Shown here one piece after another: positions 1 through 11,000 of a stretch of 64,000 nucleotides of DNA. Position 1 is the stretch's first letter. Every line of letters begins with the position of its first letter. The stretch comes from Salinivirgaceae bacterium (GTDB taxonomy: Bacteria; Bacteroidota; Bacteroidia; Bacteroidales; SZUA-534): positions 11,847 through 75,846 of the forward strand of contig JAGCNL010000087.1 of assembly GCA_017645945.1 (NCBI GenBank), given 5' to 3'. Below the pieces are notes generated by a model. It saw nothing but the letters and a program-made list of their open reading frames with translations, searched no databases and was not told the DNA's origin. Both the position numbers and the translations under genes were made by a program.

Positions 1-435
1 GTAGGCATTGGGCAGCACCTCGCGCCACATCTGAATTTTTGCCTCGAGTTCAGCCTGATTGCTCAAATCTATCTTATTGATAAGCAGGATAATAGGAATA
101 TTCTTCTTGCGCACCTTGTCAAGATACTCGCCGTTCTTGTCGAACGTTTCCACAATATCTGTCACATATACAATAATATCGGCATCGACGAGCGCTGTGT
201 CGACAAACTTGAGCATAGCTTCCTGCAACTTGTAGTGCGGCTTCAGAATGCCTGGTGTGTCGGAGTAAACCATCTGAAAATCATCACCATTGACTATGCC
301 CATTATGCGGTGGCGCGTGGTTTGCGCCTTGTTGGTGATGATGGACAGACGCTCGCCCACAAAGGCGTTCATCAGTGTTGATTTCCCGACGTTCGGGTTG
401 CCGATAATATTTACAAAACCTGCTTTATGTGCCAT
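1..435 (-). CDS. era: GTPase Era, N-terminal part (gene continues beyond the left window edge)
   Basis: Reverse-complement translation from ATG at 435-433 reads MAHKAGFVNIIGNPNVGKSTLMNAFVGERLSIITNKAQTTRHRIMGIVNGDDFQMVYSDTPGILK. It carries the P-loop GNPNVGKS, TTR and DTPG boxes in Era-like order. It is missing from the ORF track because the window edge truncates it. Confidence 0.85.
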   Translation of the reverse strand, partial: MAHKAGFVNIIGNPNVGKSTLMNAFVGERLSIITNKAQTTRHRIMGIVNGDDFQMVYSDTPGILKPHYKLQEAMLKFVDTALVDADIIVYVTDIVETFDKNGEYLDKVRKKNIPIILLINKIDLSNQAELEAKIQMWREVLPNAY

Positions 436-452
436 CGCTTGAAAATTTGCGG

Positions 453-460
453 CAAAGATA
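453..460 (-). promoter_or_regulatory. candidate Bacteroidota -7 promoter box for era
   Basis: Plus-strand CAAAGATA is TATCTTTG (TAnnTTTG) on the minus strand, 18 nt upstream of the era ATG. Confidence 0.4.
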
Positions 461-731
461 GTTGATTTTGGGCGAATTCCGCAGATGGCAATGCTTGATA
501 TGTAAAATGATCCCGAGAGTTTCTAAACTACCATATTATTTATGGTGGCTTTCGCAAAATTGAGACATTATTGTCGGTGAACTAACCAATTATCGAAGTG
601 ATGAAAAAACAGGTCGGCTGAATAGCCGTAATTGTTATATTCCACTATGTAAAATATTTATTTTCAATTTGTTATTAACTTTTTCCTGTCTACTGTCGGC
701 AAAAACTCATTTATGGCATATTTTTTGAATC

Positions 732-763
732 ACCGTGCGCGAAAAAAACTATTTTTGCACGGT
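732..763 (+). promoter_or_regulatory. candidate -7 box TATTTTTG (750-757) bracketed by a 7-bp inverted repeat, upstream of the decarboxylase operon
   Basis: ACCGTGC (732-738) and GCACGGT (757-763) are exact reverse complements 18 nt apart. The TAnnTTTG match lies between and overlapping them. The operon ATG is at 867. Confidence 0.35.
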
Positions 764-866
764 TGTTTTAAAAATAAACTAAATTGACCAAAGAATTGGT
801 TTTTAAGAGTTTACGATAATTAAAACAATGCAGTTTTTTGATTATTGAGTTAAAAAATAGCGATAA

Positions 867-1112
867 ATGGAAATTTCAGTATGGACATTATTGGTAGTGG
901 GGCTCGGAACAGTGTTCTGCGCATTGCTATTAATAATAGGTATGGGAAACCTGCTCATCAGCGTGATTAACAGATTCTTCCCCGAAGAGGAACCGAAGGC
1001 ACAGGCAACCGCAGTGGCCGCTGTCGCCCCGAACATCAAAGCCGCCATTGAGTCGGCCGTGAACACCATCACAGGCGGAAAAGGCAAAGTTGAATCAATC
1101 GAAAAAATTTAA
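867..1112 (+). CDS. oadG: small membrane subunit of Na+-translocating decarboxylase (OadG/gamma-like)
   Basis: An 81-aa ORF with a single N-terminal TM helix (WTLLVVGLGTVFCALLLIIGMGNLLI) and an Ala/Pro-rich tail. It ends 3 nt before the alpha-subunit gene. The assignment rests on size, topology and context. Confidence 0.6.
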   Translation: MEISVWTLLVVGLGTVFCALLLIIGMGNLLISVINRFFPEEEPKAQATAVAAVAPNIKAAIESAVNTITGGKGKVESIEKI

Positions 1113-1115
1113 AAT

Positions 1116-2963
1116 ATGAGTAAAAAAGTAAAATTCAGTCTGGTCTTCCGCGATATGTGGCAGTCGGCCGGAAAATACGTGCCACGCGTTGACCAACTGG
1201 TTAAAGTGGCACCCGCAATCATCAAAATGGGCTGTTTCGACCGCGTTGAGACCAACGGCGGTGGCTTTGAGCAAGTAAATCTGCTCTACGGCGAAAATCC
1301 TAACAAGGCTGTACGTCAATGGACAAAACCATTTCACGAGGCTGGCATTCAGACACATATGCTCGACCGCGCCTTGAACGGTATCCGTATGAACCCGGTG
1401 CCGGTTGACGTCCGCAAGATGTTCTACAAGGTGAAGAAAAAACAAGGTACTGATATTGCCCGCACCTTCTGCGGCTTGAACGATACTCGCAACATTATCC
1501 CGTCAATCGGCTACGCACACGACGGCGGAATGATTTCGCAGTGCTGCCTTTGCGTTACTTTCTCACCAATCCACACTGTTGAATACTACACAAAACTCGC
1601 TTTTGAGCTGATTGAGGCTGGTGCCGACGAAATCTGTCTGAAAGATATGGCCGGAATCGCACGCCCCGTATCGCTTGGCGAAATTGTGAAGAACATAAAG
1701 GCCAAATATCCGAAAATCACCATCCAATACCACGGTCACGCTGGGCCGGGCTTCTCAATGGCAACCATTCTTGAGGTCTGCAAAGCCGGCTGCGACTTTG
1801 TCGATGTTGGTATGGAGCCGCTGTCGTGGGGTACTGGCCACGCCGACATTCTGGCCGTTCAGCCGATGCTGAAGGATGCTGGTTTCGACGTTCCTGAAAT
1901 CAATATGGAGGCCTATATGGAGGTTCGCACTATGATTCAGGAGATGATGGACGACTTCCTTGGCTACTACATTCCGGCTCGCAACCGCCAGATGAACTCA
2001 CTGCTCATCGGACCGGGTCTGCCAGGCGGTATGATGGGCTCGCTGATGACCGATTTGGAGACAAATTTGGAGTCGCTCAACAAATGGAAAGAGAAAAACA
2101 ATCAGCCGAAACTTTCTCAAGACCAATTACTTGTGAAACTTTTCGATGAAGTAAAATATGTATGGCCGATGATGGGCTATCCTTGCCTGGTTACACCTTT
2201 CAGCCAGTATGTCAAGAATATGGCGCTGATGAACGTGATTCAGATGGAGAAAGGCAAAGAACGCTGGTCACTCATTGCCGACGATATTTGGAATATGCTG
2301 CTCGGCAAATCGGGTAAACTGCCTGGCCCAATCGCACCTGAACTTGAGGCCAAAGCCAAAGAGCAAGGCCGCGAATTCTTCACTGGCAATCCCCAAGACC
2401 CATATCCAGACGAACTCGACACCTTCCGCAAGGAGATGCAGGAGAACGGCTGGGAACTTGGCGAGGACGAAGAGGAACTGTTCGAACTGGCTATGCACCC
2501 GCAGCAATATCGCGCTTACAAGAGCGGCAAGGCCAAAGCCGATTTCGAGGCCGACCTTGCAAAACGCAAAGCCGAAAAATGCGCTGGCAAAGGCAGCCTG
2601 ACTCTGCCACAAACTGTTGTGGTTGAAGTGAATGGCGAGAAATACAATGTTGTGATTGGCGCCAACAACGGCACCGCAGCACCTGCTCAACAGGCCGCAA
2701 CACCTGCAGCCGCAGCTGGCAGCACCGCTGGATCAAAAGAGTTGACTTCGCCGCTTGAAGGCAAGTTCTACCTTGTAAAATCGTCGGGTGACACCGCTGT
2801 GAAAGTGGGCGACACTGTTAAAAAAGGCCAGACCGTATGCTACGTTGAGGCAATGAAGACATTCAACGCCATTGCCGCTGAAGAGGACGGCGTGGTTGTA
2901 GAAATCTGCCAGACCAGCGGCGCATCAGTGGCTGAAGACGATGTTCTGATGAAAATTAAGTAA
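1116..2963 (+). CDS. oadA: oxaloacetate decarboxylase alpha subunit / pyruvate carboxylase subunit-B-like (5S carboxyltransferase + biotinyl domain)
   Basis: 615 aa. Carboxyltransferase TIM-barrel signatures are present (FRDMWQS, CLKDMAGIARP, QYHGHAGPG). An Ala/Pro-rich linker leads to a C-terminal biotinyl domain with VEAMKT (biotin-lysine motif). Confidence 0.85.
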   Translation: MSKKVKFSLVFRDMWQSAGKYVPRVDQLVKVAPAIIKMGCFDRVETNGGGFEQVNLLYGENPNKAVRQWTKPFHEAGIQTHMLDRALNGIRMNPVPVDVRKMFYKVKKKQGTDIARTFCGLNDTRNIIPSIGYAHDGGMISQCCLCVTFSPIHTVEYYTKLAFELIEAGADEICLKDMAGIARPVSLGEIVKNIKAKYPKITIQYHGHAGPGFSMATILEVCKAGCDFVDVGMEPLSWGTGHADILAVQPMLKDAGFDVPEINMEAYMEVRTMIQEMMDDFLGYYIPARNRQMNSLLIGPGLPGGMMGSLMTDLETNLESLNKWKEKNNQPKLSQDQLLVKLFDEVKYVWPMMGYPCLVTPFSQYVKNMALMNVIQMEKGKERWSLIADDIWNMLLGKSGKLPGPIAPELEAKAKEQGREFFTGNPQDPYPDELDTFRKEMQENGWELGEDEEELFELAMHPQQYRAYKSGKAKADFEADLAKRKAEKCAGKGSLTLPQTVVVEVNGEKYNVVIGANNGTAAPAQQAATPAAAAGSTAGSKELTSPLEGKFYLVKSSGDTAVKVGDTVKKGQTVCYVEAMKTFNAIAAEEDGVVVEICQTSGASVAEDDVLMKIK

Positions 2964-2969
2964 TTAGTT

Positions 2970-4217
2970 ATGAGCGAGATATTTGAAAGAATATACAATA
3001 TGACTGCCATCAGCAACATCATTGCTGAACCGCAGTTCCTTATAATGTACGCTCTAGCTTTTCTGTTGCTCTACTTGGGCATCAAAAAGCAATACGAGCC
3101 ACTGCTGCTCATCCCGATAGCCTTCGGAGTGCTGATTGCAAACTTCCCTGGCGGCGGTATGGGCGTTCTTGGCGCTGACGGTGAGGGACTTGTCCACTAC
3201 ACCAAAGACGGCGTTGAGATGGCGAAAAACGTGTATGAGATGTCGCTGCCCGAAATTGCGCACGACCTTGGCATTATGAACTTTATCTACTATGCGCTCA
3301 TCAAATCGGGCCTTCTGCCGCCTATCATCTTTATGGGTGTGGGTGCGCTCACCGACTTTGGTCCAATGCTGCGCAACCTGAAACTTGCCATCTTTGGTGC
3401 TGGCGCACAGTTCGGAATCTTTGCCGTGCTGATTATCGCAAGCTACTGCGGATTCACAATGCAAGAGGCTGGTTCACTTGCCATTATCGGTGGTGCCGAT
3501 GGCCCGACGGCTATCTTCACAACCATCAAACTGGCCCCGCACTTGTTAGGCCCCATCGCCATTGCAGCCTATTCGTATATGGCGCTTGTGCCAGTGATTA
3601 TTCCACTTGTTGTGAAGTTGACTTGCTCTGAGAAAGAGTTGAAAATCAATATGAAAGAACAAGACCGCCTATATCCTAACGCGAAAGAGTTCAAGAATAT
3701 GCGCGCCTTGAAAATCATTTTCCCGATTGCAACCACAACAGTTGTGGCCATTCTGGTTCCGACAGCCGTTCCGTTGGTTGGTATGCTGATGTTTGGTAAC
3801 CTGATTAAAGAGGTTGGCGCCAACACTTCGCGTATCTTCGATGCCGCTTCGAACGCCATAATGAACTCTGCCACAATCTTCTTGGGCTTGTCAGTGGGTG
3901 CAACAATGACCGTTGACGCATTCCTGAATCTTCAGACAATCGGTATTGTGGTGGGTGGATTCTTCGCCTTCGGCCTGTCGATTTTCGGCGGCATCCTGCT
4001 GGTGAAGATTTTCAACCTGTTCTCGAAGAAGAAAATCAACCCGCTGATTGGTGCAACTGGCTTGAGCGCTGTGCCAATGGCATCGCGTGTGGCAAACGAC
4101 ATTGCACTGAAATACGACCCGCGCAACCACGTGCTCAACTACTGTATGTCGAGCAACGTGTCGGGTGTGATTGGCTCGGCAGTGGCCGCTGGCATTCTGA
4201 TTGCCTTCCTTGGGTAA
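2970..4217 (+). CDS. oadB: Na+-translocating decarboxylase beta subunit (OadB/MmdB/GcdB family)
   Basis: A 415-aa polytopic membrane protein with Gly-rich helices (IIGGADGPTAIF, LSAVPMASRVAN) typical of the family. It starts 6 nt after the alpha gene. Confidence 0.9.
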   Translation: MSEIFERIYNMTAISNIIAEPQFLIMYALAFLLLYLGIKKQYEPLLLIPIAFGVLIANFPGGGMGVLGADGEGLVHYTKDGVEMAKNVYEMSLPEIAHDLGIMNFIYYALIKSGLLPPIIFMGVGALTDFGPMLRNLKLAIFGAGAQFGIFAVLIIASYCGFTMQEAGSLAIIGGADGPTAIFTTIKLAPHLLGPIAIAAYSYMALVPVIIPLVVKLTCSEKELKINMKEQDRLYPNAKEFKNMRALKIIFPIATTTVVAILVPTAVPLVGMLMFGNLIKEVGANTSRIFDAASNAIMNSATIFLGLSVGATMTVDAFLNLQTIGIVVGGFFAFGLSIFGGILLVKIFNLFSKKKINPLIGATGLSAVPMASRVANDIALKYDPRNHVLNYCMSSNVSGVIGSAVAAGILIAFLG

Positions 4218-4240
4218 ATTTTGATTGTTAGACAGATATG

Positions 4241-4272
4241 AAAAGCGCCTTCCTTCGGGGAGGCGTTTTTTA
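4241..4272. terminator. bidirectional rho-independent terminator between oadB (+) and ogt (-)
   Basis: The sequence is AAAAGCGCCTTCC-TTCG-GGGAGGCGTTTTTT: a GC-rich stem with one wobble, an A-run on the left and a T-run on the right. It sits between convergent genes. Confidence 0.6.
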
Positions 4273-4755
4273 TTGGCGCCCTTCCAACTTCAACAGCGCA
4301 ATTTTGTTCTCAATTCCGCCACCATAGCCGACAAGTTTGCTTCCTGCCCCAACAACACGATGGCACGGGATAATAATGCCAATCGGATTCCAACCCACCG
4401 CGCCACCAACAGCCTGCGCCGACATTTTTTCAATACCGCGCTTTTTAGCTATTTGTGCGGCAATGTCGCCATAGGTCACGGTTTTGCCGAAAGGAATTTG
4501 CCGCAAAATTTCCAAAACATCTTTACGGAAAGGCGTTGCGTTGTCTATCCTAAAATCTGGTGTGAAATCAGGCTCTCGGCCCGAAAAATAAATATCCAGC
4601 CAATGGCAGACATCTTTAAAAACAGGCAGAACGTTGCATGACTTCACCGCATTGCACGATTTTACGAAATGCAAACCAGTCAGCACTTCGCCATCGGAAG
4701 TCAGAAGAAGGTTGTCGAACGCGGCAGGCGTGGTGTATATGGATGTGAAGGTCAT
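4270..4755 (-). CDS. ogt: methylated-DNA--protein-cysteine methyltransferase
   Basis: 161 aa. The active-site motif IPCHRVV is followed by GYGGG. The upstream helix-turn-helix segment reads TVTYGDIAAQIA. Confidence 0.9.
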   Translation of the reverse strand: MTFTSIYTTPAAFDNLLLTSDGEVLTGLHFVKSCNAVKSCNVLPVFKDVCHWLDIYFSGREPDFTPDFRIDNATPFRKDVLEILRQIPFGKTVTYGDIAAQIAKKRGIEKMSAQAVGGAVGWNPIGIIIPCHRVVGAGSKLVGYGGGIENKIALLKLEGRQ

Positions 4756-5031
4756 TTCTTTCTCGTCTATTTTGCTTCTCTATACCAATCTGTTTTTCAC
4801 ATCACAAAGGACTGATTTATTTTTATTTATCCAAATGTTTCCTGAAAACACAAAATGTCTGAGCCTATCTGTAATAATTTCAACTGTTTGACGCACTGAA
4901 GCGGTAACATCGGGACAATAATGTGTTTGATTTTCCAAAGCAATTATGGGCGGGGAATATTTTTTAGTCACATTCTTAAAACTTGCTTACAATTCCTTGC
5001 CTTAAAATGCCCATTTTTACTTAAAATAAAC

Positions 5032-5039
5032 TACTTTTG
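5032..5039 (+). promoter_or_regulatory. candidate -7 promoter box for the PKD-array gene
   Basis: TACTTTTG matches TAnnTTTG, 32 nt upstream of ATG 5071. Confidence 0.4.
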
Positions 5040-5070
5040 CCATTACTTTTACCAAAGAGTGTTTATTGAC

Positions 5071-8000
5071 ATGAAACATCTATTCAAAATATTGGCAATT
5101 CTCCTGTTGCTCCCTATTTTTCACGCTAATGCTCAGACAGATAACGAATTTTGGTTCTGTGTGCCGCAGATGACCGCTCAGCACGAAAAAGATCAACCAA
5201 AATTGTTTTTAACTAATACTACTGACAGCCGCGTTACTGTTACAATTGAAATGCCGCGTAATTCTGCTGAATTTACAAAAAAGACATTGACAGTAGAGCC
5301 TCACCAGCAAACCTATTACAATTTTAAAGATTATTTTACTAATGATGTAAATAAAACTGTTAATGGCGTAAGGGAGGTTTACGACAGTCCCAATATAATT
5401 GAAAGCGGATTGTGTGGTGAGAGTTGTGTGGTTAAGAATAAAGGTATTCATGTTACAGCAACAGGATTGATAACCGCATATCTGCAACGTGGAAATACTA
5501 ACAACTGTGATATTTGGGCATTGAAAGGCAAAAATGCATATAACGGAGCGGACGGAAAGGTTGAGCCGGACGAAGATATGTTTATTGTGCCATTGGAGGA
5601 TATTGGCAATTGTGACGAGTTCCATAGTGGTGCTTCGCATATGAATGTTAGTTGTGTGGATGGCAGACCAGGTGCATGGTATGCTGTTGATATTGTAGCA
5701 GTTGAAGATGGAGATGTTACTGTGACGCTTCCAACTGACGCACAAGGAAGAATCACATTGAAAATAGAAAACTGGGGAACGGACAATCCGACACGGACTT
5801 TTTCAATGGAACGTGGTCAGACACTTAACTTGAAGGCGGCCAGTAGAGATAAATCGGCAAAATCGGGTGGCGGAATTGTTGTGAAATCGACAGGCAAAAT
5901 TGCAGTTCAGTGGAAAGATGACTCGTTGTTGGCAAAATATGTCAATGAAGATGGAGGTGGCAAAGGAACCAGTTGGGATGCTGCAGGCGACCAGTTGGTG
6001 CCAGTTTGTTTGGCTGGGAAAGAGTATATTGTTATGCGAGGACAGTTGGGCGATGATTATACCAACGGTAACAATAGTTCTAATAGAATGCACGAAAACG
6101 TCTATTTTATGGCGACAGAAGAAGGAACTACCACTGTTCAGTTTAAAACAGATGCTGGTAACACTGTCAGTAAGACCATAAATGGAGTGGGTTCATGGGG
6201 GAAATTTTTGTTGAATAAATACAATATCACCAAAAACAGTAATGATAAAAATTACGATGCTGTACATATTCAATCTGACAAACCGATAATTGTATGGCAT
6301 ATTTCAGGCAGTAGCGGAGCGGAAGTTGGAGGAGCTATATTACCAACAATTGAGGGGTGCACAGGTTCAGAGGATGTATCGGTTTGTCGTTCATCGACAA
6401 GCAGTTTTGACTTTTGGTTGAACATAATGTGCAAGAAAGCACACATTGGTGATTTCAAAGTAAAAGTTGATAATAATGCGGAAGTAAGCATTCCATCAAG
6501 TTATTTTGCAGAAATAGGGAATACAGGTTGGTGTTATCTTACGCGAGCCCACATGAAGTTTTCGAGTGATGATGGAACCCGGAAAGCTGTAGGTGCAGGT
6601 AAAGTGGTACGAGTAAGAAACACAACAGGAATATTCCATTTGGCTGTAATTAATGGTAACAATTCTGGCAGTTGCCAATACGGCTATTTTTCTAATTTTG
6701 ACGATAATACAGGTAGTGCCGTCATAAGTGATGCGGTTAATGATATTGAATCGGAATACAGCAAATTCTGTGATGGCGACACTGTGACTTTGGTTGCACG
6801 TGGTGGTTTGAGTTATTCTTGGAAATTTATTGACAAAGATGGGTTGGGGTATCCAACGAGCGAAACATTTATTACTCCTCAAGCTGCGCAGATGGTTTCT
6901 GACAAACCAAGAGTGGTACCATTTGAGGGATTTAATCAATATCAGGTAACAATTCAGCGTCGGTGTTATTTAGGTACAAATGTCGATACAACAATAGATG
7001 TCTGGGCATTGGGCTATCCGCGCGCCAAATCGGATTTCACAATTGAATCACTAACCGAGTGTAGTCCGGCAAAAGTGGTGTTTACCAATAAAACTAACGA
7101 AAATGGGAAGCTGTTTGATTATACATGGACTCTGACGGGCGGCGATTTGCCAACCCCCGTAAAATCGACAAAGAAAAACTATGGAGCCGACACTCTGACA
7201 TTCACCAATGAAACTGATGCGAAACATACTTATAATCTGATACTTGAAGCGTCGTTAGGCTCGAACTGTCCCGACAAATCGGATCCGAAGAGTTTCTGCG
7301 TGAATCCGGTTATCACAGCGAAAATCTCTGCCGACCCGGTAAAAGGCTGTACGCCGCTAAACGTGAAATTCGAAAATGAATCGACGGGACCATACACGAA
7401 AATCCTTGTCAATTTTGGCGACGGCACTGGCTGGATTGACAGTTACACACCGCAAACCAAAACAATGAACCATACCTACAACAACCCAAGTATCTATGAT
7501 ACAGTGTATTGGGCTAAAATCAAGATTTTTGATGAGTTGAATGGCAGTTGCGATAGTGAGGATTCTGTGAAAATCAGAGTGTTTGGTAGGGTGAAATCGC
7601 AATACATTATCGACAATACAAGCGACTGCTCGCCGTTGACCACAAAGATTGAAAACACATCGCTTGGCGACGAGCAAAACATCGTTTACACTTGGAATTT
7701 TGATGTTGTTCCATCGGGAAGTGTCAATAAAGAGCTGACAGATGGTCGGTTGGAGTATTTGTGGAATGGTGATATGACAGCAGGAAATGTGAGAAACGAT
7801 AGGCCGTTCAACATAACATATCGCAATACTGCAAACATTCCTGCAAGACACCTTATACGGCTGACCGCTACGCGTCAAAACAGTGATGGTTCAACGTGCG
7901 CAAGTGTGACACCTTGGGATACGGTTACGGTTTTTCCCGAGTTCACTGTCGATTACGAGGTGACACCGAAATATATATGCGATTCGTCGTATGTAAGTTT

Positions 8001-11000
8001 TACAAACAAATCATCTGATTTGTCTGACAACAGCCATTTCTTTTGGACTATGGGCGATGGCGCAACCGAGAACAACCACGGACAGTTCTACCATACTTAT
8101 TATCATACTTTGCCCGATGTTCAGGAGTATGAAACCAAACTTATTGGTGAGAGCAAATATGGCTGCCGCGACACTGCAAGCAACGGAACTATCACCGTTA
8201 TGCCATATTTGAACCCGAATTTTACAATCGATAAGGCAGAAGGCTGCTCGCCGCTTTATGTTACAGTGGTGAACAACATGCCAGGACATTCTTACAAAGA
8301 GAATCCGAAATGGGAAATCGATTGTGCACCATGTACTTACGAAATCATAAGCGGCTCGCTTGATGATAGGGCAGTGCTCAAATTCGAGAACAAGACTGGT
8401 AGCCGTAAGGAAATAACAATCTCATTGACAGAGAGCTACCGCGATGTAAACATGACATACGATTGCCCGAAGACGTTTAGCCGTTCAATTACGATTTATC
8501 CTGAAATCACGGCCGGTATAACGTCGGACAAGACTGCGCCAGTGTGCGACGGAACAATAGTCACGTTTACCAACAGCACTATTTTCTCAGGTGTGACAAC
8601 TTCGCCTGCCGATTACCGATGGACTTTCGGTGATGGCGCCACGTTGAGTAAAACTGATAATTCAGTCACCACACATATATATAATAACACAACTGGCTCA
8701 ACAGGCACCGATCCAATTAGTTTCACGGCCACGCTTATTGCCATGGCCAACGGCTGCTCCGACACTGCAACAGCAACCGTTGAGGTATATCCGCCAGTGG
8801 TGGCTTCTTTCACCAGTGACAACTACAGCGTCTGCGCTCCAGCAACCGTAACTCTCAACAACAGTTCTACAGGAGCTGGCAAGTTTGTATATAGCTTTGC
8901 CGATGGCACTGCCGATTCAGTGAAAATCGACATGTCAGCGATGACCTACAGTATTGTGAATACCGACCCGAACCAGATAGCCGTCCGCCCGGTAACGCTC
9001 ACGGCATCGAATGGCGAGTGTACCGATGCAATTACCAAGAATTTCTATGCTTATCCAGTGATTGTGCCGCAATTCAGCCTTTCGAAAACCGAAGGTTGCG
9101 CTCCAGTTCAGGATGTGGTTCTCGACCGTTCGGCCACCACGGGCGCCAGCACTTATAAAATTGATTTTGGCGATGGCATAACCGACGAAACGGGACGGGC
9201 GCAGCTGAATCATACTTTTGAAAACAAGACTGGTGCCGATGTGGCATACACAGTTAAACTGACAGCAGCCAACAACATCGGTTGCGACGCCAGCACCGAG
9301 CAGACAGTGACGGTGTTCCCCGAATTGGCGGCAGCTTTCAGCTTTGAGAAAGCTACAGAATGTTCGCCCGCCGATGTAACTCTGAAGAATAACTCGCTGA
9401 ATGGCAGCCAGTTTGTGTGGTCGTTCGGCGATGGAACGGCATCGGAAACCAAGACCGATAAAGCGGATTTCACGCATAACTACGCGAACAGCAGCGCCGA
9501 CGGCAGAAGCATATCGGAATACACAATTAAGCTGGTCACCATCGATGGCAATCACCCTGTTTGCCGCGACTCAGTGACGAGGACAATTCAGATTTATCCG
9601 CAGGTGATTGCGCAGTTTGCAACCGAGAATGCCGAGGGCTGCTCACCGCTCACCACAACATTCACCAACCAGTCGAAAGGCTACGGCCTGACCTACAGTT
9701 GGGACTACGACCACGACAATCGACACTCGGCAGAAACCGCTGAATCTCACACATATACGTTCGATAATATCGAGGCCGAGGCACACACTTACAATGTGAA
9801 ACTCACTGTAACTGACATAAATAACTGCCAGTCAGTTGCCACAATGCCGGTGAAGGCTTACCCGCATGTGACGGCTGATTTCGCATATGTGAAGAGTCAA
9901 GCGTGTACGCCGTACCCTGTAACGTTCAGTTATCCCACATCGGCTTTGAACGGCAACCGCTTCGATTGGGATTTCGGATTTGGAGGCAACACGGCCACAA
10001 AAATCGACCGGAGCACGTTCGATTTTGTGTTCGACAACGATGCGCTTGACGAAGTCAAGACATATACAATAACATTGGTTACTACCGACACCACAACTGG
10101 CTGCTCCGACCGTACATCGAAGCCGATTGAGGTTTATCCGCAACTGAAACCCGCTTTCACTCAGGATATTACCGAGGGTTGTAACCCGTTGCCGGTGGCG
10201 TTCACCAACCAGACTACAGGCCTTGCCGACTATCTGTGGGAGTTCGGCGACAGCCAGTCATCGTCGGAGGCCAATCCAAAGCATTTGTTCAAACATTTCG
10301 AACTGACCGACCAGAATTATAACGTTGTGCTGAAGGCAACTCAGACGGCCACAGGTTGCGAAAAGAAAGTGAATCAGAACATTACGGTTTACTCTTATGT
10401 GCTTGCCAAATTTGGTATCAACGAGACGGAAGATGGTGCTAACGGAGCTGCCAATGGAATTTTGGGAGGTTGCACACCATTCGATGTAACAATTACCGAC
10501 TCGTCGCGCCTGATAAGCACAGGTACATGGAGTTGGGATTTCGGTGATGGCACAACATCAACTGACCGCCAGCCAAGAAGCCGCGTCTATACCAACGATG
10601 ACAGAGATTATCCACTTGAAAATAAGAGCTATACCATTAAACTTGTTGTCACCAACGACCATGGTTGCAAGCACGATACAGCGCAAGTCGTTGCTGTTTA
10701 TCCGCGTTCTGTGCCTGATTTTACAGGAAACTTTGTTGGTTGCGAGCCTCTCACGGTCGCATTTGAAGACAAATCGGTTGTTGATGATAAAACACAGTAT
10801 TTCTGGACATTTAGCGATGGCTCGACAATTGTCGACAAGCCGCCGTTCAGCAAGACATTCCACAACTACGACTACGAGAATTCGAAAAAATATACGGTAA
10901 ATCTCAAAACCACAACTGAGTACAACTGTGCTGACGATATTACCAAGGAGATTGAAGTTTATGCCAAACCTTTGGCGCGTTTCATTCCGCTTGTCGACCG

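Noticed and set aside
4634-4670. A small in-frame tandem duplication in ogt giving VKSCNAVKSCNV.
   Set aside because: It is real in the sequence but only ~15 nt per unit, imperfect, and located in the poorly conserved N-terminal domain. It is most simply a neutral slippage event and has no bearing on the PCHR active site.
4921-5070. A 50-codon N-terminal extension of the PKD giant in the ORF track (MCLIFQSNYG...).
   Set aside because: The extension overlaps the TACTTTTG promoter box at 5032-5039 and has non-protein-like composition. ATG 5071 is followed immediately by a textbook signal peptide.
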